A stretch of DNA of 64,000 nucleotides. Source: Nemertoderma westbladi. Lineage: Eukaryota > Animalia > Xenacoelomorpha. Every line of letters begins with the position of its first letter. Position 1 is the stretch's first letter. A program made the translations under genes and the position numbers. A model generated the notes under the pieces. That model was not told where the DNA came from, did not search any database, and saw only the letters and a program-made list of their open reading frames with translations. The DNA lies in the NCBI GenBank assembly GCA_032718475.1, contig JAUCBJ010008176.1, positions 21,263 to 85,262 on the forward strand. Direction: 5' to 3'. Positions 49,001-63,897 of the stretch are shown here, in pieces.

Positions 49001-51762
49001 CGAGCTCTCGCGCCACATCCCACGGGTTCCATCATCTCAGCTGTATGAACACCTCCATCTTCCACGAGCTCTCGCGCCACATCCCACGGGTTCCATCATC
49101 TCAGCTGTATGAACACCTCCATCTTCCACGAGCTCTCGCGCCACATCCCACGGGTTCCATCATCTCAGCTGTATGAACACCTCCATCTTCCACGAGCTCT
49201 CGCGCCACATCCCACGGGTTCCATCATCTCAGCTGTATGAACACCTCCATCTTCCACGAGCTCTCGCGCCACATCCCACGGGTTCCATCATCTCAGCTGT
49301 ATGAACACCTCCATCTTCCACGAGCTCTCCCGCCACATCCCACGGGTTCCATCATCTCAGCTGTATGAACACCTCCACCTTCCACGATCTCTCGCGCCAC
49401 ATCCCACGGGTTCCATCATCTCGGCTGTATGAACACCTCCATCTTCCACGAGCTCTCGCGCCACATCCCACGGGTTCCATCATCTCAGCTGTATGAACAC
49501 CTCCATCTTCCACGATCACTCCCGCCACATCCCACGGGTTCCATCATCTCAGCTGTATGAACACCTCCATCTTGCACGAGCTCTCGCGCCACATCCCACG
49601 GGTTGCATCATCTCAGCTGTATGAACACCTCCATCTTCCACGATCACTCGCGCCACATCCCACGGGTTCCATCATCTCAGCTGTATGAACACCTCCATCT
49701 TCCACGATCACTCGCGCCACATCCCACGGATTTCATCATCTCAGCTGTATGAACACCTCCATCTTGCACGAGCTCTCGCGCCACATCCCACGGGTTGCAT
49801 CATCTCAGCTGTATGAACACCTCCATCTTCCACGATCACTCGCGCCACATCCCACGGGTTCCATCATCTCAGCTGTATGAACACCTCCATCTTCCACGAT
49901 CACTCGCGCCACATCCCACGGATTTCATCATCTCAGCTGTATGAACACCTCCATCTTGCACGAGCTCTCGCGCCACATCCCACGGGTTGCATCATCTCAG
50001 CTGTATGAACACCTCCATCTTCCACGATCACTCGCGCCACATCCCACGGGTTCCATCATCTCAGCTGTATGAACACCTCCATCTTCCACGATCACTCGCG
50101 CCACATCCCACGGGTTCCATCATCTCAGCTGTATGAACACCTCCATCTTCCACGAGCTCTCCCGCCACATCCCACGGGTTCCATCATCTCAGCTGTATGA
50201 ACACCTCCATCTTCCACGATCACTCGCGCCACATCCCACGGGTTCCATCATCTCAGCTGTATGAACACCTCCATCTTCCATGATCACTCGCGCCACATCC
50301 CACGGGTTCCATCATCTCAGCTGTATGAACACCTCCATCTTCCACGAGCTCTCGCGCCACATCCCACGGGTTCCATCATCTCAGCTGTATGAACACCTCC
50401 ATCTTCCACGAGCTCTCGCGCCACATCCCACGGGTTCCATCATCTCAGCTGTATGAACACCTCCATCTTCCACGATCACTCGCGCCACATCCCACGGGTT
50501 CCATCATCTCAGCTGTATGAACACCTCCATCTTCCACGATCACTCGCGCCACATCCCACGGGTTCCATCATCTCAGCTGTATGAACACCTCCATCTTCCA
50601 CGAGCTCTCGCGCCACATCCCACGGGTTCCATCATCTCAGCTGTATGAACACCTCCATCTTCCACGAGCTCTCCCGCCACATCCCACGGGTTCCATCATC
50701 TCAGCTGTATGAACACCTCCATCTTCCACGATCACTCGCGCCACATCCCACGGGTTCCATCATCTCAGCTGTATGAACACCTCCATCTTCCACGAGCTCT
50801 CGCGCCACATCCCACGGGTTCCATCATCTCAGCTGTATGAACACCTCCATCTTCCACGAGCTCTCGCGCCACATCCCACGGGTTCCATCATCTCAGCTGT
50901 ATGAACACCTCCATCTTCCACGAGCTCTCGCGCCACATCCCACGGGTTCCATCATCTCAGCTGTATGAACACCTCCATCTTCCACGATCACTCGCGCCAC
51001 ATCCCACGGGTTCCATCATCTCAGCTGTATGAACACCTCCATCTTCCACGAGCTCTCGCGCCACATCCCACGGGTTCCATCATCTCAGCTGTATGAACAC
51101 CTCCATCTTCCACGAGCTCTCGCGCCACATCCCACGGGTTCCATCATCTCAGCTGTATGAACACCTCCATCTTCCACGAGCTCTCGCGCCACATCCCACG
51201 GGTTCCATCATCTCAGCTGTATGAACACCTCCATCTTCCACGAGCTCTCGCGCCACATCCCACGGGTTCCATCATCTCAGCTGTATGAACACCTCCATCT
51301 TCCACGATCACTCGCGCCACATCCCACGGGTTCCATCATCTCAGCTGTATGAACACCTCCATCTTCCACGATCACTCGCGCCACATCCCACGGGTTCCAT
51401 CATCTCAGCTGTATGAACACCTCCATCTTCCACGAGCTCTCGCGCCACATCCCACGGGTTCCATCATCTCAGCTGTATGAACACCTCCATCTTCCACGAG
51501 CTCTCCCGCCACATCCCACGGGTTCCATCATCTCAGCTGTATGAACACCTCCATCTTCCACGATCACTCGCGCCACATCCCACGGGTTCCATCATCTCAG
51601 CTGTATGAACACCTCCATCTTCCACGATCACTCGCGCCACATCCCACGGGTTCCATCATCTCAGCTGTATGAACACCTCCATCTTCCACGAGCTCTCGCG
51701 CCACATCCCACGGGTTCCATCATCTCAGCTGTATGAACACCTCCATCTTCCACGAGCTCTCC
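40097..51762. repeat. 64-bp satellite, about 180 copies, with higher-order structure
   Basis: Unit CCATCTTCCACGA(TCA/GCT)CTCGCGCCACATCCCACGGGTTCCATCATCTCAGCTGTATGAACACCT, very homogeneous. Confidence 0.98.
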
Positions 51763-52477
51763 TCACTCGACTCTTATTATTATTCCTTTTAATGCAGGAC
51801 TAGCCCATATAGATAAACAGATAGAATTAACAATAAAGTACAACAACATAAAGATAAATATATAATATATATAATGAACACAATATAGATAAATATATAA
51901 TATTAATATATATAATAAACACAATATAGATAAATATATAATATTAATATATATAATAAACACAATATAGATAAATACAAATTTATAATTTCCTTTAAGG
52001 TATAAATACAGTGATGTACATATTCATCACTGTATCTGTAGACACTGCCTCTCGACTTGTTCGAATAGGTATCACGCTCTAAGTTGCTCTGAATGTCCCC
52101 CCCTCGCTAGACTTGCCTCCATGTGAACTGAGAAAAAAAAACTACGTAAAATTTTTATATATATTTATTTAAAAAACTAAGTTTATTTTATTTATTCTTT
52201 ATCGCCCATAGTAAAATTGCTAAATAGTATAGTGATATAAGTGATATTATTATATTATTAAATAATTTTAACAGGCCGTCCTCCATTTACCCCGACTGGG
52301 GGTGTATATATTACAGTACTGTATATTATTATTAATAAGTTTTCCATCTGGAACCACTATTACCTCAATCTACAAATAATCTTATTTGTTGTTAATAAAT
52401 TACTAGATATGTCAACTAGGCAACTGAGACCGTAGCGAAACGTTAACAAAACTCATAACAAAACGCTGTTCGCTCAA

Positions 52478-55400
52478 ACTACTCCAACACTACCTCCAGT
52501 CACTCCGCTACTCTCACCAACTACTCCAACACTACCTCCAGTCACTCCGCTACTCTCACCAACTACTCCAACACTACCTACAGTCACACCGCTTCTCACA
52601 CCAACTACTCCAACACTACCTCCAGTCACTCCGCTACTCTTACCAACTACTCCAACATTACCTCCAGTCACTCCGCTACTCTCACCAACTACTCCCAACA
52701 CTACCTCCAGTCACACCGCTACTCACACCAACTACTCCAACACTACCTCCAGTCACTCCGCCACTCTCACCAACTGCCCCAACACTACCTCCAGTCACTC
52801 CGCTACTCTCACCAACTACTCCATCACTACCTCCAGTCACTCCGCTACTCTCACCAACTACTCCCAACACTACCTCCAGTCACACCGCTTCTCACACCAA
52901 CTACTCCAACACTACCCCCCGTCACTCCGCTACTCTCACCAACTACTCCAACACTACCCCCGTCACTCCGCTACTCTCACCAACTACTCCATCACTACCT
53001 CCAGTCACACCGCTTCTCACACCAACTACTCCAACACTACCTCCAGTCACTCCGCTACTCTCACCAACTACTCCAACACTACCTCCAGTCACTCCGCCAC
53101 TCTCACCAACTACTCCAACACTACCTCCAGTCACTCCGCTACTCTCACCAACTACTCCAACACTACCTCCAGTCACTCCGCTTCTCTCACCAACTACTCC
53201 AACACTACCTCCAGTCACACCGCTACTCTCACCAACTACTCCAACACTACCCCCGTCACTCCGCTACTCTCACCAACTACTCCAACACTACCTCCAGTCA
53301 CACCGCTTCTCACACCAACTACTCCAACACTACCTCCAGTCACACCGCTACTCTCACCAACTACTCCAACACTACCTCCAGTCACTCCGCTACTCTCACC
53401 AACTACTCCAACACTACCTCCAGTCACTCCGCCACTCTCACCAACTACTCCAACACTACCTCCAGTCACTCCGCTACTCTCACCAACTACTCCAACACTA
53501 CCTCCAGTCACTCCGCTACTCTCACCAACTACTCCAACACTACCTCCAGTCACTCCGCTACTCTCACCAACTACTCCAACACTACCTCCAGTCACTCGCA
53601 CTCACCAACTACTCCACACTACCTCCAGTCACTCCGCTACTCCACCAACTACTCCAACACTACCTCCAGTCACTCCGCTTCTCACACCAACTACTCCAAC
53701 ACTACCTCCAGTCACACCGCCACTCTCACCAACTACTCCAACATTACCTCCAGTCACTCCGCTTCTCACACCAACTACTCCAACACTACCTCCAGTCACT
53801 CCGCTACTCTCACCAACTACTCCAACACTACCTCCAGTCACTCCGCTACTCTCACCAACTACTCCAACACTACCTCCAGTCCACTCCGCTACTCTCACCA
53901 ACTACTCCAACACTACCTCCAGTCACTCCGCTACTCTCACCAACTACTCCAACACTACCTCCAGTCACTCCGCTTCTCACACCAACTACTCCAACACTAC
54001 CTCCAGTCACTCCGCTACTCTCACCAACTACTCCAACACTACCTCCAGTCACTCCGCTACTCTCACCAACTACTCCAACACTACCTCCAGTCACTCCGCT
54101 ACTCTCACCAACTACTCCAACACTACCTCCAGTCACACCGCCACTTTCACCAACTACTCCAACACTACCTACAGTCACTCCGCTACTCACACCAACTACT
54201 CCAACACTACCCCCAGTCACTCCGCTACTCTCACCAACTACCCCAACACTACCTCCAGTCACTCCGCTACTCACACCAACTACCCCAACACTACCTCCAG
54301 TCACACTGCCACTCACACCAACTACTCCAACACTACCTCCAGTCACACCGCTTCTCACACCAACTACTCCAACACTACCTCCAGTCACTCCGCTACTCTC
54401 ACCAACTACTCCAACACTACCTCCAGTCACTCCGCTACTCTCACCAACTACTCCAACACTACCTCCAGTCACACCGCCACTTTCACCAACTACTCCAACA
54501 CTACCTCCAGTCACTCCGCTACTCTCACCAACTACTCCAACACTACCCCCAGTCACTCCGCTACTCTCACCAACTACTCCAACACTACCCCCAGTCACTC
54601 CGCCACTCTCACCAACTACTCCAACACTACCCCCCGTCACTCCGCTTCTCACACCAAACTACTCTATACTCCAACACTACCTCCAGTCACTCCGCTACTC
54701 TCACCAACTACTCCAACACTACCTCCAGTCACTCCGCTACTCTCACCAACTACTCCAACACTACCCCCCATCACTCCGCTACTCTCACCAACTACTCCAA
54801 CACTACCCCCCGTCACTCCGCTACTCTCACCAACTACTCCAACACTACCTCCAGTCACTCCGCTACTCTCACCAACTACTCCATCACTACCTCCAGTCAC
54901 ACCGCTTCTCACACCAACTACTCTAACACTACCCCCCGTCACTCCGCTACTCTCACCAACTACTCCATCACTACCCCGTCACTCCGCTACTCTCACCAAC
55001 TACTCCATCACTACCTCCAGTCACACCGCTTCTCACACCAATACTACCTCCAGTCACTCCGCTACTCTCACCAACTACTCCAACACTACCTCCAGTCACT
55101 CCGCTACTCTCACCAACTACTCCAACACTACCTCCAGTCACTCCGCTACTCTCACCAACTACTCCAACACTACCCCCAGTCACTCCGCTACTCTCACCAA
55201 CTACTCCAACACTACCTCCAGTCACACCGCTACTCTCACCAACTACTCCATCACTACCTCCAGTCCACTCACACCGCTTACTCTCACCAACTACTCCAAC
55301 ACTACCTCCAGTCACTCCGCTACTCTCACCAACTACTCCAACACTACCTCCAGTCACTCCGCTACTCTCACCAACTACTCCAACACTACCCCCAGTCACT

Positions 55401-58400
55401 CCGCTACTCTCACCAACTACTCCAACACTACCTCCAGTCACTCCGCTACTCTCACCAACTACTCCATCACTACCTCCAGTCACTCCGCCTACTCTCCACC
55501 AAACTACTCCCAACACTACCTCCAGTCACTCCGCTACTCTCACCAACTACTCCAACACTACCTCCAGTCACTCCGCTACTCTCACCAACTACTCCAACAC
55601 TACCTCCAGTCACTCCACTACTCTCACCAACTACTCCAACACTACCTCCAGTCACTCCGCTTCTCACACCAACTACTCCAACACTACCTCCAGTCACTCC
55701 GCTACTCACACCAACTACTCCATCACTACCTCCAGTCACTCCGCTACTCTCACCAACTACTCCAACACTACCTCCAGTCACTCCGCTACTCACACCAACT
55801 ACTCCAACACTACCTCCAGTCACTCCGCTACTCTCACCAACTACTCCAACACTACCTCCAGTCACTCCGCTACTCTCACCAACTACTCCATCACTACCTC
55901 CAGTCACTCCGCTACTCTCACCAACTACTCCAACACTACCTCCAGTCACTCTGCTACTCACACCAACTACTCCATCACTACCTACAGTCACTCCGCTACT
56001 CACACCAACTACTCCATCACTACCTCCAGTCACACCGCCACTCTCACCAACTACTCCAACACTACTTCCAGTCACTCCACTACTCTCACCAACACTACCT
56101 CCAGTCACTCCGCTACTCTCACCAACTACTCCAACACTACCTCCAGTCACTCCGCTACTCTCACCAACTACTCCAACACTACCTCCAGTCACTCCGCTAC
56201 TCTCACCAACTACTCCAACACTACCTCCAGTCACTCCGCTACTCACACCAACTACTCCAACACTACCTCCAGTCACTCCGCTACTCTCACCAACTACTCC
56301 AACACTACCTCCAGTCACTCCGCTACTCTCACCAACTACTCCAACACTACCTCCAGTCACTCCGCTACTCTCACCAACTACTCCAACACTACCTCCAGTC
56401 ACTCCGCTACTCACACCAACTACTCCAACACTACCTCCAGTCACTCCGCTACTCTCACCAACTACTCCAACACTACCTCCAGTCACTCCGCTACTCACAC
56501 CAACTACTCCATCACTACCTCCAGTCACTCCGCTACTCACACCAACTACTCCAACACTACCTCCAGTCACTCCGCTACTCTCACCAACTACTCCAACACT
56601 ACCTCCAGTCACTCCGCTACTCACACCAACTACTCCAACACTACCTCCAGTCACTCCGCTACTCACACCAACTACTCCAACACTACCTCCAGTAACTCTG
56701 CTACTCTCACCAACTACTCCAACATTACCTCCAGTCACACCGCTACTCTCACCAACTACTCCAACACTACCTCCAGTCACTCCACTACTCTCACCAACTA
56801 CTCCAACACTACCTCCAGTCACTCCACTACTCTCACCAACTACTCCATCACTACCTCCAGTCACTCCGCTTCTCACACCAACTACTCCAACACTACCTCC
56901 AGGCACTCCGCTACTCTCACCAACTACTCCATCACTACCTCCAGTCACTCCGCTTCTCACACCAACTACTCCAACACTACCTCCAGTCACTCCGCTACTC
57001 TCACCAACTACTCCAACACTACCTCCAGTCACCACGCCACTCTCACCAACTGCTCCAACACTACCTCCAGTCACTCCGCTACTCTCACCAACTACTCCAA
57101 CACTACCTCCAGTCACCACGCCACTCTCACCAACTACTCTAACACTACCTCCAGTCACTCCACTACTCTCACCAACTACACCATCACTACCTCCAGTCAC
57201 TCCGCTTCTCACACCAACTACTCCAACATTACCTCCAGTCACTCCGCTACTCCCACCAACTACTCCAACACTACCTCCAGTCACTCCGCTACTCTCACCA
57301 ACTACTCCAACACTACCTCCAGTCACCACGCCACTCTCACCAACTACTCCAACACTACCTCCAGTCACTCCGCTACTCTCACCAACTACTCCAACACTAC
57401 CTCCAGTCACCACGCCACTCTCACCAACTACTCTAACACTACCCCCAGTCACTCCGCCACTCTCACCAACTACTCCAACACTACCTCCAGTCACTCCGCC
57501 ACTCTCACCAACTACTCCAACACTACCTCCAGTCACCACGCCACTCTCACCAACTACTCCAACACTACCTCCAGTCACTCCGCTACTCTCACCAACTACT
57601 CCAACACTACCCCCCGTCACTCCGCTACTCCCACCAACTACTCCAACACTACCTCCAGTCACTCCGCTACTCTCACCAACTACTCAATCACTACCTCCAG
57701 TCACTCCGCTACTCTCACCAACTACTCCATCACTACCTCCAGTCACTCCGCTTCTCACACCAACTACTCCAACACTACCTCCAGTCACTCCGCTACTCTC
57801 ACCAACTACTCCAACACTACCTCCAGTCACCACGCCACTCTCACCAACTACTCCTCACTACCTCCAGTCACTCCGCTACTCTCACCAACTACTCCAACAC
57901 TACCCCCCGTCACTCCGCTTCTCACACCAACTACTCTAACACTACCCCCCGTCACTCCGCTACTCTCACCAACTACTCCAACACTACCCCCAGTCACTCC
58001 GCCACTCTCACCAACTACTCCAACACTACCTCCAGTCACACCGCTTCTCACACCAACTACTCCAACACTACCCCCCGTCACTCCGCCACTCTTACCAACT
58101 ACTCCAACACTACCTCCAGTCACTCCGCCGCTCTCACCAACTACTCCAACACTACCTCCAGTCACTCCGCCACTCTCACCAACTACTCCAACACTACCTC
58201 CAGTCACACCGCTTCTCACACCAACTACTCCAACACTACCCCCCGTCACTCCGCTACTCTCACCAACTACTCCAACACTACCTCCAGTCACTCCGCCGCT
58301 CTCACCAACTACTCCAACACTACCTCCAGTCACTCCGCCACTCTCACCAACTACTCCAACACTACCTCCAGTCACACCGCTGCTCACACCAACTACTCCT

Positions 58401-61400
58401 CACTACCTCCAGTCACTCCGCTTCTCACACCAACTACTCCAACACTACCCCCAGTCACTCCGCCACTCTCACCAACTACTCCAACACTACCTCCAGTCAC
58501 ACCGCTTCTCACACCAACTACTCCAACACTACCCCCAGTCACACCGCTTCTCACACCAACTACTCCAACACTACCTCCAGTCACACCGCTTCTCACACCA
58601 ACTACTCCAACACTACCCCCCGTCACTCCGCTACTCTCACCAACTACTCCAACACTACCTCCAGTCACACCGCCACTCTCACCAACTACTCCAACACTAC
58701 CTCCACCTCCAGTCACTCCGCTACTCCCACCAACTACTCCAACACTACCTCCAGTCACTCCGCTACTCTCACCAACTACTCCAACACTACCTCCAGTCAC
58801 TCCGCTACTCTCACCAACTACTCCATCACTACCTCCAGTCACTCCGCTACTCTCACCAACTACTCCAACTCGACCTCCACCTCCAGTCACTCCGCTACTC
58901 CCACCAACTACTCCAACACTACCTCCAGTCACTCCGCTACTCCCACCAACTACTCCAACACTACCTCCAGTCACTCCGCTACTCTTACCAACTACTCCAA
59001 CACTACCTCCAGTCACTCCGCTACTCTCACCAACTACTCCATCACTACCTCCAGTCACTCCGCTACTCTCACCAACTACTCCAACACGACCTCCACCTCC
59101 AGTCACTCCGCTACTCCCACCAACTACTCCAACACTACCTCCAGTCACTCCGCTACTCCCACCAACTACTCCAACACTACCTCCAGTCACTCCGCTACTC
59201 TCACCAACTACTCCAACACGACCTCCAGTCACTCCGCTACTCTCACCAACTACTCCAACACGACCTCCAGTCACTCCGCTACTCTCACCAACTACTCCAA
59301 CACGACCTCCACCTCCAGTCACTCCGCTACTCCCACCAACTACTCCAACACTACCTCCAGTCACTCCGCTACTCCCACCAACTACTCCAACACTACCTCC
59401 AGTCACTCCGCTACTCTCACCAACTACTCCAACACGACCTCCAGTCACTCCGCTACTCTCACCAACTACTCCAACACGACCTCCACCTCCAGTCACTCCG
59501 CTACTCCCACCAACTACTCCAACACTACCTCCAGTCACTCCGCTACTCCCACCAACTACTCCAACACTACCTCCAGTCACTCCGCTACTCCCACCAACTA
59601 CTCCAACATTACCTCCAGTCACACCGCCACTCTCACCAACTACTCCAACACTACCTCCAGTCACTCCGCTACTCTCACCAACTACTCCAACACTACCTCC
59701 AGTCACTCCGCTACTCACACCAACTACTCCTCACTACCTCCAGTCACTCCGCTACTCTCACCAACTACTCCATCACTACCTCCAGTCACTCCGCTACTCT
59801 CACCAACTACTCCAACACGACCTCCACCTCCAGTCACTCCGCTACTCCCACCAACTACTCCAACACTACCTCCAGTCACTCCGCTACTCCCACCAACTAC
59901 TCCAACACTACCTCCAGTCACTCCGCTACTCTCACCAACTACTCCAACACGACCTCCAGTCACTCCGCTACTCTCACCAACTACTCCAACACGACCTCCA
60001 GTCACTCCGCTACTCTCACCAACTACTCCAACACGACCTCCACCTCCAGTCACTCCGCTACTCCCACCAACTACTCCAACACTACCTCCAGTCACTCCGC
60101 TACTCCCACCAACTACTCCAACACTACCTCCAGTCACTCCGCTACTCTCACCAACTACTCCAACACGACCTCCAGTCACTCCGCTACTCTCACCAACTAC
60201 TCCAACACGACCTCCACCTCCAGTCACTCCGCTACTCCCACCAACTACTCCAACACTACCTCCAGTCACTCCGCTACTCCCACCAACTACTCCAACACTA
60301 CCTCCAGTCACTCCGCTACTCCCACCAACTACTCCAACATTACCTCCAGTCACTCCGCTACTCTCACCAACTACTCCAACACGACCTCCAGTCACTCCGC
60401 TACTCTCACCAACTACTCCAACACGACCTCCACCTCCAGTCACTCCGCTACTCCCACCAACTACTCCAACACTACCTCCAGTCACTCCGCTACTCCCACC
60501 AACTACTCCAACACTACCTCCAGTCACTCCGCTACTCTCACCAACTACTCCAACACGACCTCCAGTCACTCCGCTACTCTCACCAACTACTCCAACACGA
60601 CCTCCAGTCACTCCGCTACTCTCACCAACTACTCCAACACGACCTCCACCTCCAGTCACTCCGCTACTCCCACCAACTACTCCAACACTACCTCCAGTCA
60701 CTCCGCTACTCCCACCAACTACTCCAACACTACCTCCAGTCACTCCGCTACTCTCACCAACTACTCCAACACGACCTCCAGTCACTCCGCTACTCTCACC
60801 AACTACTCCAACACGACCTCCACCTCCAGTCACTCCGCTACTCCCACCAACTACTCCAACACTACCTCCAGTCACTCCGCTACTCTCACCAACTACTCCA
60901 TCACTACCTCCAGTCACTCCGCTACTCTCACCAACTACTCCAACACTACCTCCAGTCACTCCGCTACTCTCACCAACTACTCCAACACTACCTCCAGTCA
61001 CTCCGCTACTCACACCAACTACTCCTCACTACCTCCAGTCACTCCGCTACTCTCACCAACTACTCCAACACTACCTCCAGTCACTCCGCTACTCTCACCA
61101 ACTACTCCATCACAATCTCTAGACACACCGCTACTCGCACCAACTACTCCAACACTACCTCCAGTAACTCCGCTACTCTCACCAACTACTCCAACACTAC
61201 CTCCTATCACACCGCTTCTCACACCAACTACTCCAACACTACCTCCAGTAACTCCGCTACTCTCACCAACTACTCCAACACTACCTCCAGTCACACCGCT
61301 TCTCACACCAACTACTCCAACACTACCTCCAGTCACTCCGCCACTCTCACCAACTACTCCAACACTACCTCCAGTCACTCCGCTACTCTCACCAACTACT

Positions 61401-62146
61401 CCAACACTACCTCCAGTCACTCCGCCACTCTCACCAACTACTCCAACACTACCTCCAGTCACTCCGCTACTCACACAAACTACGCCAACACTACCTCCAG
61501 TCACTCCGCTACTCACACCAACTACTCCTCACTACCTCCAGTCACTCCGCCACTCTCACCAACTACTCCAACACTACCTCCAGTCACTCCGCTACTCTCA
61601 CCAACTACTCCAACACTACCTCCAGTCACTCCGCTACTCACACCAACTACTCCTCACTACCTCCAGTCACTCCGCTACACTCACCAACTACTCCAACACT
61701 ACCTCCAGTCACTCCGCTACTCACACCAACTACTCCATCACTATCTCCAGTCACTGCTACTCTCACCAACTACTCCAACACTACCTCCAGTCACTCCGCT
61801 ACTCTCACCAACTACTCCAACACTACCTCCAGTCACTCCGCTACTCTCACCAACTACTCCAACACTACCTCCAGTCACTCCGCTACTCACACCAACTACT
61901 CCTCACTACCTCCAGTCACTCCGCTACTCTCACCAACTACTCCAACACTACCTCCAGTCACTCCGCTACTCTCACCAACTACTCCAACACTACCCCCCGT
62001 CACTCCGCTACTCACACCAACTACTCCTCACTACCCCCAGTCACTCCGCTACTCTCACCAACTACTCCAACACTACCCCCAGTCACTCCGCTACTCACAC
62101 CAACTACTCCTCACTACCTCCAGTCACTCCGCTACTCTCACCAACT
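52478..62146. repeat. 42-bp satellite, about 230 copies
   Basis: Unit CCAGTCACTCCGCTACTCTCACCAACTACTCCAACACTACCT; source of the [14 protein letters not shown] ORFs. Confidence 0.98.
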
Positions 62147-63897
62147 GTTACCGCAAGTAAGAAAGACCCAACCTTGGGACGTCACTCGATATGAAGATAT
62201 GCGGTAGCGGTAATTTGAAGACCAACAATTTATTATCTACATTTTGATCACACAAACAAAGGCGTTATGGAGGGAAACATCAAGAAAACAACCGTTCATT
62301 CACATAGGAATGCAGGAGACACCTGCTACTCACAAACCAAGTCAGACAATAAAGGAACTTACCATTTCCACAGTCAGACAGTATACAATTAATTATGGAT
62401 CCGTTTGTTACCTGTAATTGGTAGTAGTTCGACCCGTCCTTTACTCAAATAGATGAATAATTACCGGTCTGCCGGTAAGTGTATGCTGATACTGTAAGAT
62501 TAGTGACTCTATGAGCTGACCGAAAATATCGCTACAGCCAGAAATCATAAATCGGGGCAGAAATTACACCCATGAGCTGCGCTAAGTTTAGTAATTAGCG
62601 GACCTAGCTAAACTTTCGGGAACACAGAACAGATAAGGCTGTAAGGTGTCTGACTGAATGTCGAAAAGAAAGTAAGCGTCAGCTTCCAGTCAGTAGGTAT
62701 AATAATATATCAGAATAATTATGCAATTCCTTAGTTCAGTAGGTTGAATTTACACAAATTTACAGATTGATGTACATCCTCATAAAAAACATAGATTTGA
62801 AGGCCCTTCTGGTCTTCTTACCGCATATCCATAACACAGCACAATAATTAGACAGGCAGACAGGATACCGTTACCGTATGTAGTACTGTAGTACCGTGGT
62901 TTTATGCTTATGCCCTGGCCTATCCAGCCCTTCCTCTCCACCACGTCCTCTCTAGCTCTCAAAATCCCATTCACTCTTTAAAAGAGCCAATGAGCGGCAA
63001 GAAATCACAAGCCATAAAGAAAAATAATTGCACAGCGGTAAATTTAAATATAAATTGCATTAAACACTGCTGTGAACAAAAAATATAAATGTTGACAATA
63101 TACTGTAAGTATAACAATCGATTTGCTTCAACAAACCGCTTCCAAATTATAGTCTCATAGGCACTACCATATAATTGTAAATATCTTCTTAGAATATAAT
63201 TTTATAAAAGACTCAAGAAGCAAATGATTGTTATCACAATGCACGAAATTATAAATCCTTTCAACTAAAGAATGTCCAGAATCAAACCATTTGCATAAAA
63301 AATAATAATTTTAATTTCGTTAATAGATTAATACACCATGTCTCCAGGCGCCTCGGTAAAATTAATCAAATGAACGACAAATAACCAGGCCGAAATTAAA
63401 GAGGCCTGCAAATAACTAACTAATGTGACATAATACCAAGGTGTGGTACTTGCATAATACGTACATAATTACAATAACTAATATTTCAGAGAACTTCCAA
63501 TTAATCAAATCCTAAAAATAAACTACAATTAACATAACTTACTTCCATAGGAAAATATCTCATTAAATTCAATGGTGTACATATAATTACATACAAATTA
63601 ATTATTCGTCTTGATCGACAACATATAATAATTACAGTAAACATATTGTACAAGTAATAGACCTTTTGTTATAAGAAGTTTATCATTACCACCAGGTTAC
63701 TTTAATAACTAAACCAACATAAATGGAAGAAACAGGACAAAGAGTTTCTCTGTAAGTGATAACCCACATGTAGCTATAGACTAATCGAAATAAGTCAATG
63801 GATATAATATCGTCATGTAGCCGATCTGCATCGGCAATAACTAACTAAATAGGGTCTAAATAAGTAGGACAGATAGCAAAACATTACTGACCAAAGG

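Noticed and set aside
241-51762. Regular repeats that could be taken for CRISPR arrays
   Set aside because: Head-to-tail units with no unique spacers, no cas genes and a spliceosomal eukaryotic context.
52474-61516. Minus-strand Gly/Val/Ser ORFs up to 730 aa resembling elastin or silk
   Set aside because: Consequence of a 42-bp unit; mostly GTG/TTG starts and repeatedly broken by frameshifts.
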